Positions 43,387-53,234 of a stretch of 64,000 nt of DNA are shown here, in pieces. Source of the DNA: Spirochaetia bacterium (GTDB taxonomy: Bacteria; Spirochaetota; Spirochaetia; UBA9216); assembly GCA_963677925.2 (NCBI GenBank), contig CAXXYH010000003.1, positions 160,001-224,000 on the forward strand, given 5' to 3'. Position numbers and translations under genes: made by a program. The notes beneath the pieces were generated by a model that searched no databases, had not been told where the DNA came from, and saw nothing but the letters and a program-made list of their open reading frames with translations. Every line of letters begins with the position of its first letter. Position 1 is the stretch's first letter.

Positions 43387-44682
43387 TTATTTGTTTGGCC
43401 AGAATTTCTTAAGTAAATCTGTTTTAAGTCCTGTTTCTTCAGGTGTAAAACATTCCGCAAGAATTTCCCAACCCTTATCAAGCGCACCTTCCAGAGGGAT
43501 ATTAACCGTGAGGTCCATCATTTCCTTCTCAAAGATAACACCGTATTTCAGAAGCTTGGTGTCCCAGTCCGACATCCTGAATCCCATGGACTTTTTCTCC
43601 ATTGATTCAAGATATGCAGCATAGAGCTTAATCATACCGTCCATAAGAGCACGGTGGTCTTCTCTGGTATCTCCGTTAACCTGCTGCTTAAGTCTTGAGA
43701 GTGAACCGAAAGGCTCAATTCTTCCGCCCTTCAGGTAATACTGCCCCTCGGTAATATACCCTGTATTATCAGGTACCGGGTGGGTAACGTCGTCGCCGGG
43801 CATTGTAGTTACAGCAAGGATAGTGATGGAACCGGCGCCTTCAAAGTCAACTGCCTTTTCATATCTTGAAGCAAGCTGACTGTAAAGGTCTCCAGGATAA
43901 CCTCGGTTGGAGGGAACCTGTTCCTGTGTAATAGCAATTTCTTTCATTGCATCTGAGAAGTTAGTCATATCGGTAAGAAGAACTAGAACCTTCTTTCCTT
44001 TAAGTGCAAACTTTTCAGCAACTGCAAGTGAGATGTCCGGAACGAGTAGACATTCTACAATCGGATCAGCTGCGGTATGAACAAAAAAGATTGTTCTGCT
44101 TAGAGCTCCGCCTTCTTCAAGAGTGTCTTTAAAGAAAAGATAGTCGTCGTATTTGAGCCCCATACCGCCGATGATAATCATATCAACTTCGGCCTGCATC
44201 GCAATTCTTGCAAGCAGTTCATTGTAGGGTTCACCTGAAATTGAGAAAATAGGAAGCTTCTGTGATTCAACCAGGGTGTTGAATACATCAATCATAGGAA
44301 TACCCGTTCGAATCATATTTCTCGGTATAATTCGTTTGGCAGGGTTAACCGATGGGCCGCCTATCTCTATAAGATTTTCGGTAAGTTCCGGACCATTGTC
44401 TCGAGGCATACCGCTTCCTGTAAAAATTCTGCCCATAAGGTTGTCTGAAAATGCAACCTGCATGGGATGACTCATAAATCTAACTTCATCACCGGTTGAT
44501 ACACCACGGCCTCCGGAGTAAACCTGAAGTGAAACTGTATCACCATCGAGCCTGATAACATCTGCGAGTGATTTTCCATGTGATGATGTAACTTCCGCCA
44601 GTTCTCCGTACTTAATACCGTCGGCTTTGACAGTGATTACGTTTCCGGCAATTGATTCAATTTTACTGTATACTTTACGCAT
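43387..44682 (-). CDS. atpB: V/A-type ATPase subunit B
   Basis: [46 protein letters not shown]. Confidence 0.95.
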   Translation of the reverse strand: MRKVYSKIESIAGNVITVKADGIKYGELAEVTSSHGKSLADVIRLDGDTVSLQVYSGGRGVSTGDEVRFMSHPMQVAFSDNLMGRIFTGSGMPRDNGPELTENLIEIGGPSVNPAKRIIPRNMIRTGIPMIDVFNTLVESQKLPIFSISGEPYNELLARIAMQAEVDMIIIGGMGLKYDDYLFFKDTLEEGGALSRTIFFVHTAADPIVECLLVPDISLAVAEKFALKGKKVLVLLTDMTNFSDAMKEIAITQEQVPSNRGYPGDLYSQLASRYEKAVDFEGAGSITILAVTTMPGDDVTHPVPDNTGYITEGQYYLKGGRIEPFGSLSRLKQQVNGDTREDHRALMDGMIKLYAAYLESMEKKSMGFRMSDWDTKLLKYGVIFEKEMMDLTVNIPLEGALDKGWEILAECFTPEETGLKTDLLKKFWPNK

Positions 44683-44704
44683 CTTAATCTACTCCCGACT
44701 CGAT

Positions 44705-46483
44705 TTAATTTTCTTCCGCATCATCTGCGGAGTTTGAAAGAAGTCTCTCGTCAATGCCGGAAACTTTTTCCTCTATCATACTGGTTATTTCTTTCTCAAG
44801 CCGAACGAACTCATCATTGCCCCACTCTGCTCCGTTATAGTCAAGGAATCTCTGCCTGAGCTGATAGAACCAGGTTCGCGCCTCGTCCTTATCCTTAAGA
44901 GAAAGTGTTGAAGTGAGTACTTTAAACAGAATATCAAAAATATGATTCTGTCTTTCAACACTCACTGAACTGTCGACAGGGTCAAAAGAATTCTGCTGCA
45001 TATAAACTGAATCCAGGAAGTCTCCTTTGAGATAAACGATGTAGTCATCGATACTTGTACCTTCTTCACCTACAACCTTCATCATCTGTTCAACTTCATT
45101 TCCTCTGAGAATAAGTGAACGTGCAATTTCAGTTTTTTCAAAGTCAAGAATACCCTTGTATTTACTCCAGCTTTCAAGCGGATGGATTGCAGGATATTTA
45201 CGGGCATCAGAGCGCTCTCTTGAAAGACCGTGGAATGCGCCTACAACTTTCAGTGTGGCCTGAGTTACCGGTTCTTCAAAGTTACCTCCTGCTGGAGAAA
45301 CTGTACCGCCGATAGTAACAGAACCTTCAGATCCGTCTTTAAGCTTAACACGTCCTGCTCTTTCATAGAAACTCGCGATAGTCGATTCTAGGTAAGCCGG
45401 GAATGCTTCCTCACCCGGTATCTCTTCAAGTCTTCCGGACATCTCACGCATCGCCTGAGCCCATCTTGATGTTGAATCTGCCAGAAGCAGTACGTTCAGC
45501 CCCATCTGCCTGTAATATTCAGCAAGTGTTACAGCTGTGTATACTGAAGCTTCACGGGCGGCAACAGGCATTGAAGAGGTATTACAAATAATAATAGTTC
45601 TCTCCATAAGACTCTTGCCGGTCTTCGGGTCAATAAGTTCAGGGAATTCTTTGAGTGTTTCTACAACCTCACCTGCACGCTCACCGCATGCAGCAACTAT
45701 TACAATATCAACATCCGCATTTCGACTGGTTACCTGCTGCAGAACTGTTTTACCGGCACCGAAAGGTCCCGGAATACAGTATGTTCCGCCAAGAGCAACC
45801 GGAAAGAATGTATCAATCAGCCTGAGTTTTGTTACCATCGGCTTTGTTGGTCTCATTCTTTCAATATAATTGGTAATAGGCCTCTTAACCGGCCAGTTGA
45901 AACTCATTGTAAGGTTAAATTTATTTCCCTTTGAGTCGGTAATCTCCGCAACGTTGTCTCTTACCGTATATTCACCCTCTGATGCTACACTTGTAACTGT
46001 GTAGGTATCAAAATAGTTGAATGGAACCATGATTCTATGCTCAAAGATTCCCTCAGGTACGGTACCGATAGTATCGCCCTTTTCAATTTTTGCTCCGACC
46101 TCTACCTTCGGCGTAAATTTCCACTTTGTTTCAGTGGGGAGAGCATCAAGGTAGACACCTCTCTCAAGGAAGAACCCGCATTTTTCTGCGAGCTGCGGAA
46201 GCGGATTCTGAAGACCGTCATAAACCTGTCCGAGCAGACCCGGTCCAAGCTCAACCGCGAGCATGTCTTCAGTAAAGGCTACATTGTCGCCTATACCTAT
46301 TCCCTTGGTCATTTCAAAAACCTGGAGTTCAGCCTTGCTTCCTTTTATTCGAATTACCTCAGCTTTAAGGCGTTGATCGCCAACTTCGATATACGCTACT
46401 TCATTCATGGAAACAACGCCGTCGACTTCGACGGAAACCATGTTTCCATTTACACCTATTACTTTTCCGTTACTAACTGCCAT
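44705..46483 (-). CDS. atpA: V/A-type ATPase catalytic subunit A
   Basis: Walker A GPFGAGKT, CGERAGE, NTSSMPVAARE, DSTSRWAQA, GEEAFPAYL. Confidence 0.96.
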   Translation of the reverse strand: MAVSNGKVIGVNGNMVSVEVDGVVSMNEVAYIEVGDQRLKAEVIRIKGSKAELQVFEMTKGIGIGDNVAFTEDMLAVELGPGLLGQVYDGLQNPLPQLAEKCGFFLERGVYLDALPTETKWKFTPKVEVGAKIEKGDTIGTVPEGIFEHRIMVPFNYFDTYTVTSVASEGEYTVRDNVAEITDSKGNKFNLTMSFNWPVKRPITNYIERMRPTKPMVTKLRLIDTFFPVALGGTYCIPGPFGAGKTVLQQVTSRNADVDIVIVAACGERAGEVVETLKEFPELIDPKTGKSLMERTIIICNTSSMPVAAREASVYTAVTLAEYYRQMGLNVLLLADSTSRWAQAMREMSGRLEEIPGEEAFPAYLESTIASFYERAGRVKLKDGSEGSVTIGGTVSPAGGNFEEPVTQATLKVVGAFHGLSRERSDARKYPAIHPLESWSKYKGILDFEKTEIARSLILRGNEVEQMMKVVGEEGTSIDDYIVYLKGDFLDSVYMQQNSFDPVDSSVSVERQNHIFDILFKVLTSTLSLKDKDEARTWFYQLRQRFLDYNGAEWGNDEFVRLEKEITSMIEEKVSGIDERLLSNSADDAEEN

Positions 46484-47038
46484 CTATAATTCTCCATCGT
46501 ACGATTGATGTATTTTATCCGTAATCTGATTATATAATTCCGAATATTTCTCTTTTCCAACTTCAGGCTTCAGTAGCTGTCTGCGTTCAAGCAGCTGAAG
46601 CTTAAGGTAGTAAATAATCAGTCTGGACAGGTCAAAATAATGACCTACTTCCAGATTATCCAGAAATGCCCATCGGGCTTTATTCAGGATATCTTCTCCT
46701 AACAGCGGATTTGCAGAATTGTAGGCTTCTCTGGCTGCATCATAGGCACCGGTTGCATATTCGTTTTCCCGGATATATGACTCCGCATCGAGCCCGGTTG
46801 AAGCCGAACGCATTTTCACAAGCTCGTTTCTGAGTGTTTTTTCCCAGCTGTTCCAGAGAATAAGAATACTGTCTTCTGCAGCATCATTCGGAACTAAATC
46901 TGCGCTGCAGAGTATTCTGTAATCTTCCGCATTTACAGTATTAATGCATGACTCATGAAAATACTGTATATCAATAGGAGGTTCCTGCTCGTATGACAGC
47001 ATCGGAAGTGATGCTACCGTGTAATAATACTGAGCCAA
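46484..47038 (-). CDS. DUF2764 family V-ATPase-associated protein (subunit C equivalent)
   Basis: YYY..ASLP.L, WE..LRNEL...R, RW.FL..LE..HYF....LI.YYLKLQ; lies between atpE and atpA. Confidence 0.8.
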   Translation of the reverse strand: MAQYYYTVASLPMLSYEQEPPIDIQYFHESCINTVNAEDYRILCSADLVPNDAAEDSILILWNSWEKTLRNELVKMRSASTGLDAESYIRENEYATGAYDAAREAYNSANPLLGEDILNKARWAFLDNLEVGHYFDLSRLIIYYLKLQLLERRQLLKPEVGKEKYSELYNQITDKIHQSYDGEL

Positions 47039-47042
47039 AATA

Positions 47043-47648
47043 CTACTCCTTTACAGCTTCTTTAACGATCTCTGCAAGCTTCGGATTAAGCAGTGCCGAA
47101 AATACCTCTGCAATGCCCTCGGATGTAAAATTATAGTAGGCTGAACCGTCTTTATCAGAAACCCTGAATCCGGATTCAATACCGCTGAACGGTTTAATTT
47201 CAAAACCCGCTTTAAGTTCTGCAGCAAGTTTGGATTTAAGTCCCGATTCAAGTTCCTTAAGATCCTTTTCAGCAAGCTGTACTGCGCCAGCGCTGTCTTC
47301 AGACCAGCTTTTCACTACTGTAACAACAGCATCTTCAAGAACCTTACCCTTGTAAATGTCCTTGATTTCGCCTTCTATGATGGAATTAAAAAGTTTTTCA
47401 ATTTCAGTTTTTGTTTTAAGAACAAGGTCGCGCCCCGCCTGTGTGATTGCAGCTTTACCGCCGGCTTCAGCCTTTGCAGCCTCAGCCTTGGCATCTGCAA
47501 TGATTTTTTCCGCTTTTTTTTCTGCTTCAGCAACAATTTTTTCTGCTTTGTTCTCAGCACCGGAAACAATCTCAGAGGCTTTCTGTTCGGCGTCTTGAAC
47601 GCCTTCTTTATTAATCTTTTCTAAAAGTTCTTTAAGCTGAACGTCCAT
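47043..47648 (-). CDS. atpE: V/A-type ATPase subunit E
   Basis: MDVQLKELLEKI..EGV, A/E/K-rich coiled coil, C-terminal GF.V..KDG...YNF; first gene of the operon. Confidence 0.88.
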   Translation of the reverse strand: MDVQLKELLEKINKEGVQDAEQKASEIVSGAENKAEKIVAEAEKKAEKIIADAKAEAAKAEAGGKAAITQAGRDLVLKTKTEIEKLFNSIIEGEIKDIYKGKVLEDAVVTVVKSWSEDSAGAVQLAEKDLKELESGLKSKLAAELKAGFEIKPFSGIESGFRVSDKDGSAYYNFTSEGIAEVFSALLNPKLAEIVKEAVKE

Positions 47649-47749
47649 ATAATCCTCACATTTAATCAGAATCTATTACTATATATATTATTAAACCTTT
47701 CCTGCGGACGCAACACCGTCCTTCTGAAAAGTATAATTTTATAAATGAC

Positions 47750-48163
47750 TTACTTAACTATGAGATCTCCGTAAATTTTGAGAACATTCCCATCTCTGGA
47801 AACATGAATATCCTGTTCAGGAAAAACTTCGGTAATGATTTCTCTCAAAAGATCTCCGACTTCCTCTTCAATACGCCGGAACACTTCCTCCGGAACATAA
47901 TCAAGGGTTACCAGATCGACATCTACAACGTATCCCCTCCCATGAATACTGCCGTAGCCTGCGCTGAAACTTGCGCCGACGTTGAACAGACCGTCACTAG
48001 CCTTGTTAGCGGTTTTTCCCCGTTCTGGTCGGTTTGGATGTAATCTGTACCTATTACCGTAATTGTTTTCCAAATAATCGTCAATAATGTCGAAAATTTT
48101 TTTTAACTTGTCATCAAACTCTCTAATCTTTTGACTGTAAACCACGTTTATGTATAACCTCAA
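47750..48163 (-). CDS. Conserved hypothetical protein (start uncertain)
   Basis: 137 codon ORF with LHPNRP.RG.TAN...DGLF motif between mutS2 and atpE, a position that recalls Borrelia BB0097. Confidence 0.65.
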   Translation of the reverse strand: MRLYINVVYSQKIREFDDKLKKIFDIIDDYLENNYGNRYRLHPNRPERGKTANKASDGLFNVGASFSAGYGSIHGRGYVVDVDLVTLDYVPEEVFRRIEEEVGDLLREIITEVFPEQDIHVSRDGNVLKIYGDLIVK

Positions 48164-48194
48164 TAAAACATTATTTTTTTAACAGATATCTAAA

Positions 48195-50567
48195 TTATTT
48201 AAGCTTAACAATAGTCTTTCCAAATCCTCCGGATTCAGCATCCGAGAAAAAAATTTCTTTAACATTTCTGTTTTTTTTCAGAAAATCATGTACAAATTTC
48301 TGAAGAATTCCGTCACCAAGGCCGTGAATCACTGAAAACTCATTCAGACTGCTTAAAATTGCACCATCAAGCTGACGTTCGAGTGCGTCACGTGCTTCTT
48401 CCACGCGCATGCCTCTTATATCAAGTTCAAAACTTGCTTTAATATCAAAACCGCTGCTTGCGACACTGATTTTGTTTTCTGTTTTTTTATCTACCGCCAG
48501 AGGTTCAATATCCTTAACTTTAACATTCAGTTTAATATTCCCAAAAGAGGCAATCCATTCATCATTCTTTCTTTTTTCAATGAGTACGCCTTTCTTTCTG
48601 GTTTTTCTATTTAATATCTGCATTCCTTCAGCAAGCTCAATATTCAAAACGTGGCTTACACCTGTTCCTGTTTCAGCATTGTCTACCGAATCTTTTTCCG
48701 AATAAAGTTTTATTTTTTCATCTTCAAGTACACCGCTCATCGTTTCAATGAAGCTCTTTACTTTTAAATTCTTTTCCCGTGTTATTTCACCTTCACGCAG
48801 TTCCCTTACTAAATTCTCAAGATCGCTTCTTGTCCTGTGCACAAAGCTTTTCAGCTCACCGAATTCTGATTCTTTCAGAATCATATTCTGCTGCCTGAGT
48901 TTTAGAATTTCCAGATCCTTCTTTTTTCTGACCTCATTGAATTTCGCTTCACGGTCTTTCTGCTCTTTTTCTTTTACAAGAAATTCTCTCTGTCGTCTTT
49001 CAAGCTCGGCTATCATACTTTCAACGGAGGAATCTCCGTCATCTATTAGTTTTTTAGCAGATTCTATTATCCGGCGGTCTATACCGCAGGACAAAGCGAT
49101 TTCAACAGCATGACTTTCACCCGGCACACCTTCAATGATTCTATAGGTAGGCTTCATTGTTTCCGAATCAAACTCCACGCTTGCATTTGCTGCACCACTT
49201 CTTGTATACCCGAATCTTTTAACGGCTGAATGGTGTGTTGTGACAACAGTAGTAACATTCCGTCCTAAAAGCTCCTCAAGAACCGAAGAGGCAATAGCGG
49301 ATCCCTGTACCGGATCAGTTCCGGAACCAAGCTCATCAAGCAGCACCATAGTGCGGTTATCTGATTTCCTGAGAATTTCTGAAATTCTTTTCATATGCCC
49401 GCTGAAAGTAGATAACGATTCCTCGATAGACTGATCATCACCGATGTCGGCTATAATATCGGTGTACAAGCCTATTTCAGTACCTTCTTCGGCCGGGAGT
49501 TCGAGGGCAAACTGGTTCATCAGTATAAAAATACCGCATGTTTTAAGTGTGACTGTTTTTCCGCCTGCATTAGGACCGGTGATAATCAGAGTTTTAATTT
49601 CAGGTTTTATTGATATTGTTATAGGCACAGCCTTTGAACCAAGTGCCGGATGCCGGCCCTGATTGATGGTTATTCCCCTTTCTATTTCAACAGGTCTGAC
49701 ACATCTGTTTCGTATTGAATGAACTGCACGGGCATAATAGGAATCGATCTCGGATACAGTATCTATAAGAAAAAGAAAATCCTGGAAGCTGTCATTAAGT
49801 TTTTCTGTTAAAGACCTGTAAATCTTATTAACCTTCTGTGCAAGCTGATTCTGCTCATAACTCATCTGGTTGTTTAGTTCCACCAGTTCAAAAGGTTCAA
49901 TATAGACGGTTGCTCCGCTTGATGAAAACTCATGTACAAGACCCTTTACTCGTCCTCTGTAATTTGTTTTCAGCGGAAGAACAATCCTTCCGTCTCGCTG
50001 AGATGGTACCGTATTCTGCCATATTCCTTTATCATCAGATATAAAATCAGAGGAAATTCTGCTTATCTTCTTGTGCAGGGTTGCAATTTTAGCCCTGGCG
50101 CTCTTTAAAAGGGGATGATCTTCCTTAACAGTTCCATCAGAATTAATTTCTTTAAATATAGAATCTGAACACTGGTGCAGATCGGGTATTTTTTCCGCGG
50201 CCTCTGAGAGGATTCCGGACATAGAAATTCCCTGTTCAGGAACAGATGTGCAGTATTTCTTTAATCGCAGGCCTGAAATTATAAAATCAGCAGAGGCTGC
50301 AAGTTCCTGCCCCTCAAGAACCATTCCTTTTTTACCCAGTTTATCTGTAAAGTATATGTCTGAAAAACTGAAAGAAGGGCGCTTCAGATCAGAGCTCAGA
50401 AGTTTCTTCCAGTCTGAAACAAAATCTTTTTTATAATTTAAAACCTTTGAGTCGGTATCCGGTTCCTGCGTGAGTATAAGAAGCGCTCCGCCGGGGGATA
50501 AAGCGTATTCAGATACATTTTTCTTAACTGAGTAAAAATCAAGCAGTTCAATTGTATGCTTTTCCAG
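48195..50567 (-). CDS. mutS2: MutS2 endonuclease/ribosome-rescue ATPase with Smr domain; proposed CTG start at 50567
   Basis: HEFSSSGATVYIEP, GPNAGGKT, DIGDDQSI..SLSTFSGH, LLDELGSGTDP, Smr LDIRG...IHGLGDG; the frame extends 81 codons upstream to LEKHTIELLDF..VKK.V.EYALS. Confidence 0.9.
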   Translation of the reverse strand: MEKHTIELLDFYSVKKNVSEYALSPGGALLILTQEPDTDSKVLNYKKDFVSDWKKLLSSDLKRPSFSFSDIYFTDKLGKKGMVLEGQELAASADFIISGLRLKKYCTSVPEQGISMSGILSEAAEKIPDLHQCSDSIFKEINSDGTVKEDHPLLKSARAKIATLHKKISRISSDFISDDKGIWQNTVPSQRDGRIVLPLKTNYRGRVKGLVHEFSSSGATVYIEPFELVELNNQMSYEQNQLAQKVNKIYRSLTEKLNDSFQDFLFLIDTVSEIDSYYARAVHSIRNRCVRPVEIERGITINQGRHPALGSKAVPITISIKPEIKTLIITGPNAGGKTVTLKTCGIFILMNQFALELPAEEGTEIGLYTDIIADIGDDQSIEESLSTFSGHMKRISEILRKSDNRTMVLLDELGSGTDPVQGSAIASSVLEELLGRNVTTVVTTHHSAVKRFGYTRSGAANASVEFDSETMKPTYRIIEGVPGESHAVEIALSCGIDRRIIESAKKLIDDGDSSVESMIAELERRQREFLVKEKEQKDREAKFNEVRKKKDLEILKLRQQNMILKESEFGELKSFVHRTRSDLENLVRELREGEITREKNLKVKSFIETMSGVLEDEKIKLYSEKDSVDNAETGTGVSHVLNIELAEGMQILNRKTRKKGVLIEKRKNDEWIASFGNIKLNVKVKDIEPLAVDKKTENKISVASSGFDIKASFELDIRGMRVEEARDALERQLDGAILSSLNEFSVIHGLGDGILQKFVHDFLKKNRNVKEIFFSDAESGGFGKTIVKLK

Positions 50568-50568
50568 A

Positions 50569-51498
50569 TTACTTCCCCTTTTTATATTTATTGTATTCAG
50601 TTCTCTTCTTCAGATTTTCTAAAATCCTTAAATAACTGTCATAACGTTCTTCGCTTATCTCACCGTTTTCGACAGCGTCCTTAATTCTGCATCCTGGTTC
50701 ATGATCGTGCAAACACTGGCTGTGAGCACAATCGTTCAAAAAAGGAACAAATTCAGGCATAAAATGTGACAGATTTTCAGGCTCCATCCCGACCGGATCA
50801 ATTTCCTTGATACCCGGTGTATCAATTATCCTTCCCCTTTCCCAGACATCCAGCACCGCATAGCAAGTTGTATGTGTACCCTTATTGAATTTATCTGAAA
50901 CTGCGCCTGTACGGAAATTGAAATCAGGATTTATGCTGTTAAGAACCGAAGACTTGCCGACACCGGACTGCCCGACAAAGGCTGAAGTCCTGCCGGATAT
51001 AATGTCTTTAAGCTCTACAAGTCCCTCTCCTGTAACTGTACTGCACCTGTGTATTCGATAGCCGAGCGTATGCCATATTTCAAGCCAGCGTTCGACCTCA
51101 TCCGATATCGGCTGATCAATCTTATTAAGAACTATAAGGACTTCGATATTCTGTTCACAGTTAATAAGAACCCTGTCGCAGAAACGGGGACGGAAGGGAG
51201 GAGAATCCGGAGAAAGTATACATACTGCAAGGTCAATATTGGCGGCAATTGTCTGAATGCAGTTGCGCTTCCGGTTCCACCGGGCAAAGGAATTATTTCT
51301 CGGATATCTGGAAACAATCATTGCCTTCCCTGGATGATGTTCATCTATTTCAATTTCAACATAGTCGCCGGATGCAAGAGGGTTGTATTCATCTTCTGCA
51401 CCTTTCAGTTTTTTCCCCTTGAAACGGCATTCAAAGTTACCCTTATCTGTTTCAACGGTGTAGATATTATTTATTCCGTATAGAACTATTCCGCGCAT
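50569..51498 (-). CDS. rsgA: Ribosome small-subunit-dependent GTPase RsgA
   Basis: Circularly permuted NKID, GQSGVGKSS, HTT, DTPG; zinc knuckle C....C.H..EPGC. Confidence 0.94.
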   Translation of the reverse strand: MRGIVLYGINNIYTVETDKGNFECRFKGKKLKGAEDEYNPLASGDYVEIEIDEHHPGKAMIVSRYPRNNSFARWNRKRNCIQTIAANIDLAVCILSPDSPPFRPRFCDRVLINCEQNIEVLIVLNKIDQPISDEVERWLEIWHTLGYRIHRCSTVTGEGLVELKDIISGRTSAFVGQSGVGKSSVLNSINPDFNFRTGAVSDKFNKGTHTTCYAVLDVWERGRIIDTPGIKEIDPVGMEPENLSHFMPEFVPFLNDCAHSQCLHDHEPGCRIKDAVENGEISEERYDSYLRILENLKKRTEYNKYKKGK

Positions 51499-52280
51499 AA
51501 TCCGTACTCTTCCAGAATCCAGGTAGAATTCCGCAGTTTTTCAGAGGTTCCCGATTTATCAGTAAGTATAAAAAGATCATTTCCTTTTTTTTCCTCCGAC
51601 AATAGATTATTATTCGTGAGAACTCTTATAATCTGATTGCCGACACCATCCCTTGAATCTATAATCTCAAAATTTTCTGAATTATACTTTTTTAATTCCT
51701 CTTCCATAAGCAGAAAATGGGTACAGCCAAGGACGATCTTATCTGTATTGTTATTTGAGAAAAAATTCATTGCAGGACTCAGCACTTTATGCTTTTCCTC
51801 GTCTGATGAGGAATAAAGCTTCTTTTCGATAAAATCAATTATTTCCGTTCCTGCAAAACGGTAAATTTCACAGCCGGAGGCATGTTCATGTATGAGAGCT
51901 TCAGTATAAACATCATTCAAGGTTCTGTCGGTTGCCATTAGGCCTATCTTTTTATTAACTGATTTAAGAGCCGCAGTCTTTACTGCCGGTACAGTACCTA
52001 CAAAAGGTATATCAAATTTAGTTCTCAGATACGCAAGAGCGGTAACCGAAGCTGTGTTGCAGGCCACTACTATTATTTTTGGGTTGTGTTTTTCAATGAG
52101 TTTGCGAACAAGTGCTTCGAGCAGAAGCTGAAGCTCATCGCGTTCTTTCGGCCCATAGGGGAAATTCGCGTTATCTGCGGTATAAATAAATCTTTCCAGA
52201 GGAAGATGCTGTTTGACCCATTTTAAATACGGCAGACCACCGACTCCTGAATCAATGAATGCAACCGGTCTGTTATCCAT
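51486..52280 (-). CDS. murI: Glutamate racemase
   Basis: DSGVGGL, FPYGPK, VACNTAS, LGCTHF; ATG 52280 (MDNRPVAFID). Confidence 0.94.
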   Translation of the reverse strand: MDNRPVAFIDSGVGGLPYLKWVKQHLPLERFIYTADNANFPYGPKERDELQLLLEALVRKLIEKHNPKIIVVACNTASVTALAYLRTKFDIPFVGTVPAVKTAALKSVNKKIGLMATDRTLNDVYTEALIHEHASGCEIYRFAGTEIIDFIEKKLYSSSDEEKHKVLSPAMNFFSNNNTDKIVLGCTHFLLMEEELKKYNSENFEIIDSRDGVGNQIIRVLTNNNLLSEEKKGNDLFILTDKSGTSEKLRNSTWILEEYGLCAE

Positions 52281-52563
52281 TGCCGAATAGATTATCAAAA
52301 CCCTTACGTGCATCAGAAGCTTTACGGGCCCCTGCTCCGTCCGATTTTGAGTTTCCAAATACGAAATAGTCACAGAAATTGCCGGACTCTTTATCTTTAA
52401 CGTTTTCACTGATGTTTTCACTGCAGTCCCATTTCATTCCGGGCTTGTAAAAACTGCAGTTTTTACAGCAGTGCACTGGTTTCCGGCATTCGGGGCACTC
52501 AGCATTTCTACCGGGCTTAAAACCGTAATCAAATTCATATCCGCAGAAATAACATACTGACAT
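52273..52563 (-). CDS. Small Cys-rich putative zinc-binding protein
   Basis: MSVCYFCG...CPEC...CCKNCSFY...C...CDYF (9 Cys in 96 aa); ATG 52563; stop overlaps the murI start. Confidence 0.7.
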   Translation of the reverse strand: MSVCYFCGYEFDYGFKPGRNAECPECRKPVHCCKNCSFYKPGMKWDCSENISENVKDKESGNFCDYFVFGNSKSDGAGARKASDARKGFDNLFGNG

Positions 52564-52637
52564 ACCTGATAATAACCTTAATAATAATTGATTGTCCAGT
52601 ATTTGAGTTTTTTGAAAAAGGCTGATATGATTCAAAT

Positions 52638-53234
52638 ATGTTTTCATTCAAAAAATGCCTGCATGACGACTGTCAGGAATATGCGGTATCAGGCAGTAAA
52701 TACTGCTTTAATCATATTGATGATACCGAAGGTTTTTTAAAGCAGACTGTTTCACAGCTCAGCGACTGTGAACAAATGATGAATTTTAAATTATGCAAGG
52801 GCCATATCGAGAATTTTCATATACCCTGTAAAAGTATCATTACCAGTAAATTTTCCGGTACGATTTTTACAAATATGAATTTCGACAACATCAGTATTAA
52901 ACTGTGTTTTTTTGATTTTTGTAAATTCTACAATTGCAGCTTTGCTGATACTGATATCAAATATTCAGTTTTTGCCGGCTCAGTTTTTACCGACTGCGTA
53001 TTTAACGGTTCAGATATTCTCCACACTAATTTTAACGGTGCAAACTTTGATATAGCCGATTTCAAAAGCTGTGATCTTTATTATTCATGCTTCGTCTCCA
53101 CTGAGATGAAAAATGTTAATTTCAACGACTGCAACCTTAAAAAAGTAAATTTTATAAGTTCAACCCGTGAGAATGTCAGTTTTAAGTATTCCAATTCTGA
53201 GGAAGCAGAATTTTCCCGGGGAGATAATCCATGA
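52638..53234 (+). CDS. Pentapeptide-repeat protein with N-terminal CCCH motif
   Basis: F.G..F.D..F.. five-residue periodicity; N-terminal C....C.........C..H. Confidence 0.8.
   Translation: MFSFKKCLHDDCQEYAVSGSKYCFNHIDDTEGFLKQTVSQLSDCEQMMNFKLCKGHIENFHIPCKSIITSKFSGTIFTNMNFDNISIKLCFFDFCKFYNCSFADTDIKYSVFAGSVFTDCVFNGSDILHTNFNGANFDIADFKSCDLYYSCFVSTEMKNVNFNDCNLKKVNFISSTRENVSFKYSNSEEAEFSRGDNP

Noticed and set aside
47356-47598. Repetitive GCT/TCAGC pattern in atpE
   Set aside because: Explained by the A/E/K-rich coiled coil of subunit E; not an independent DNA repeat
48195-50324. Apparently N-terminally truncated MutS2 (and signal-less LptD) in the ORF track
   Set aside because: Both frames stay open upstream to CTG codons, so these are start-calling artefacts, not pseudogenes
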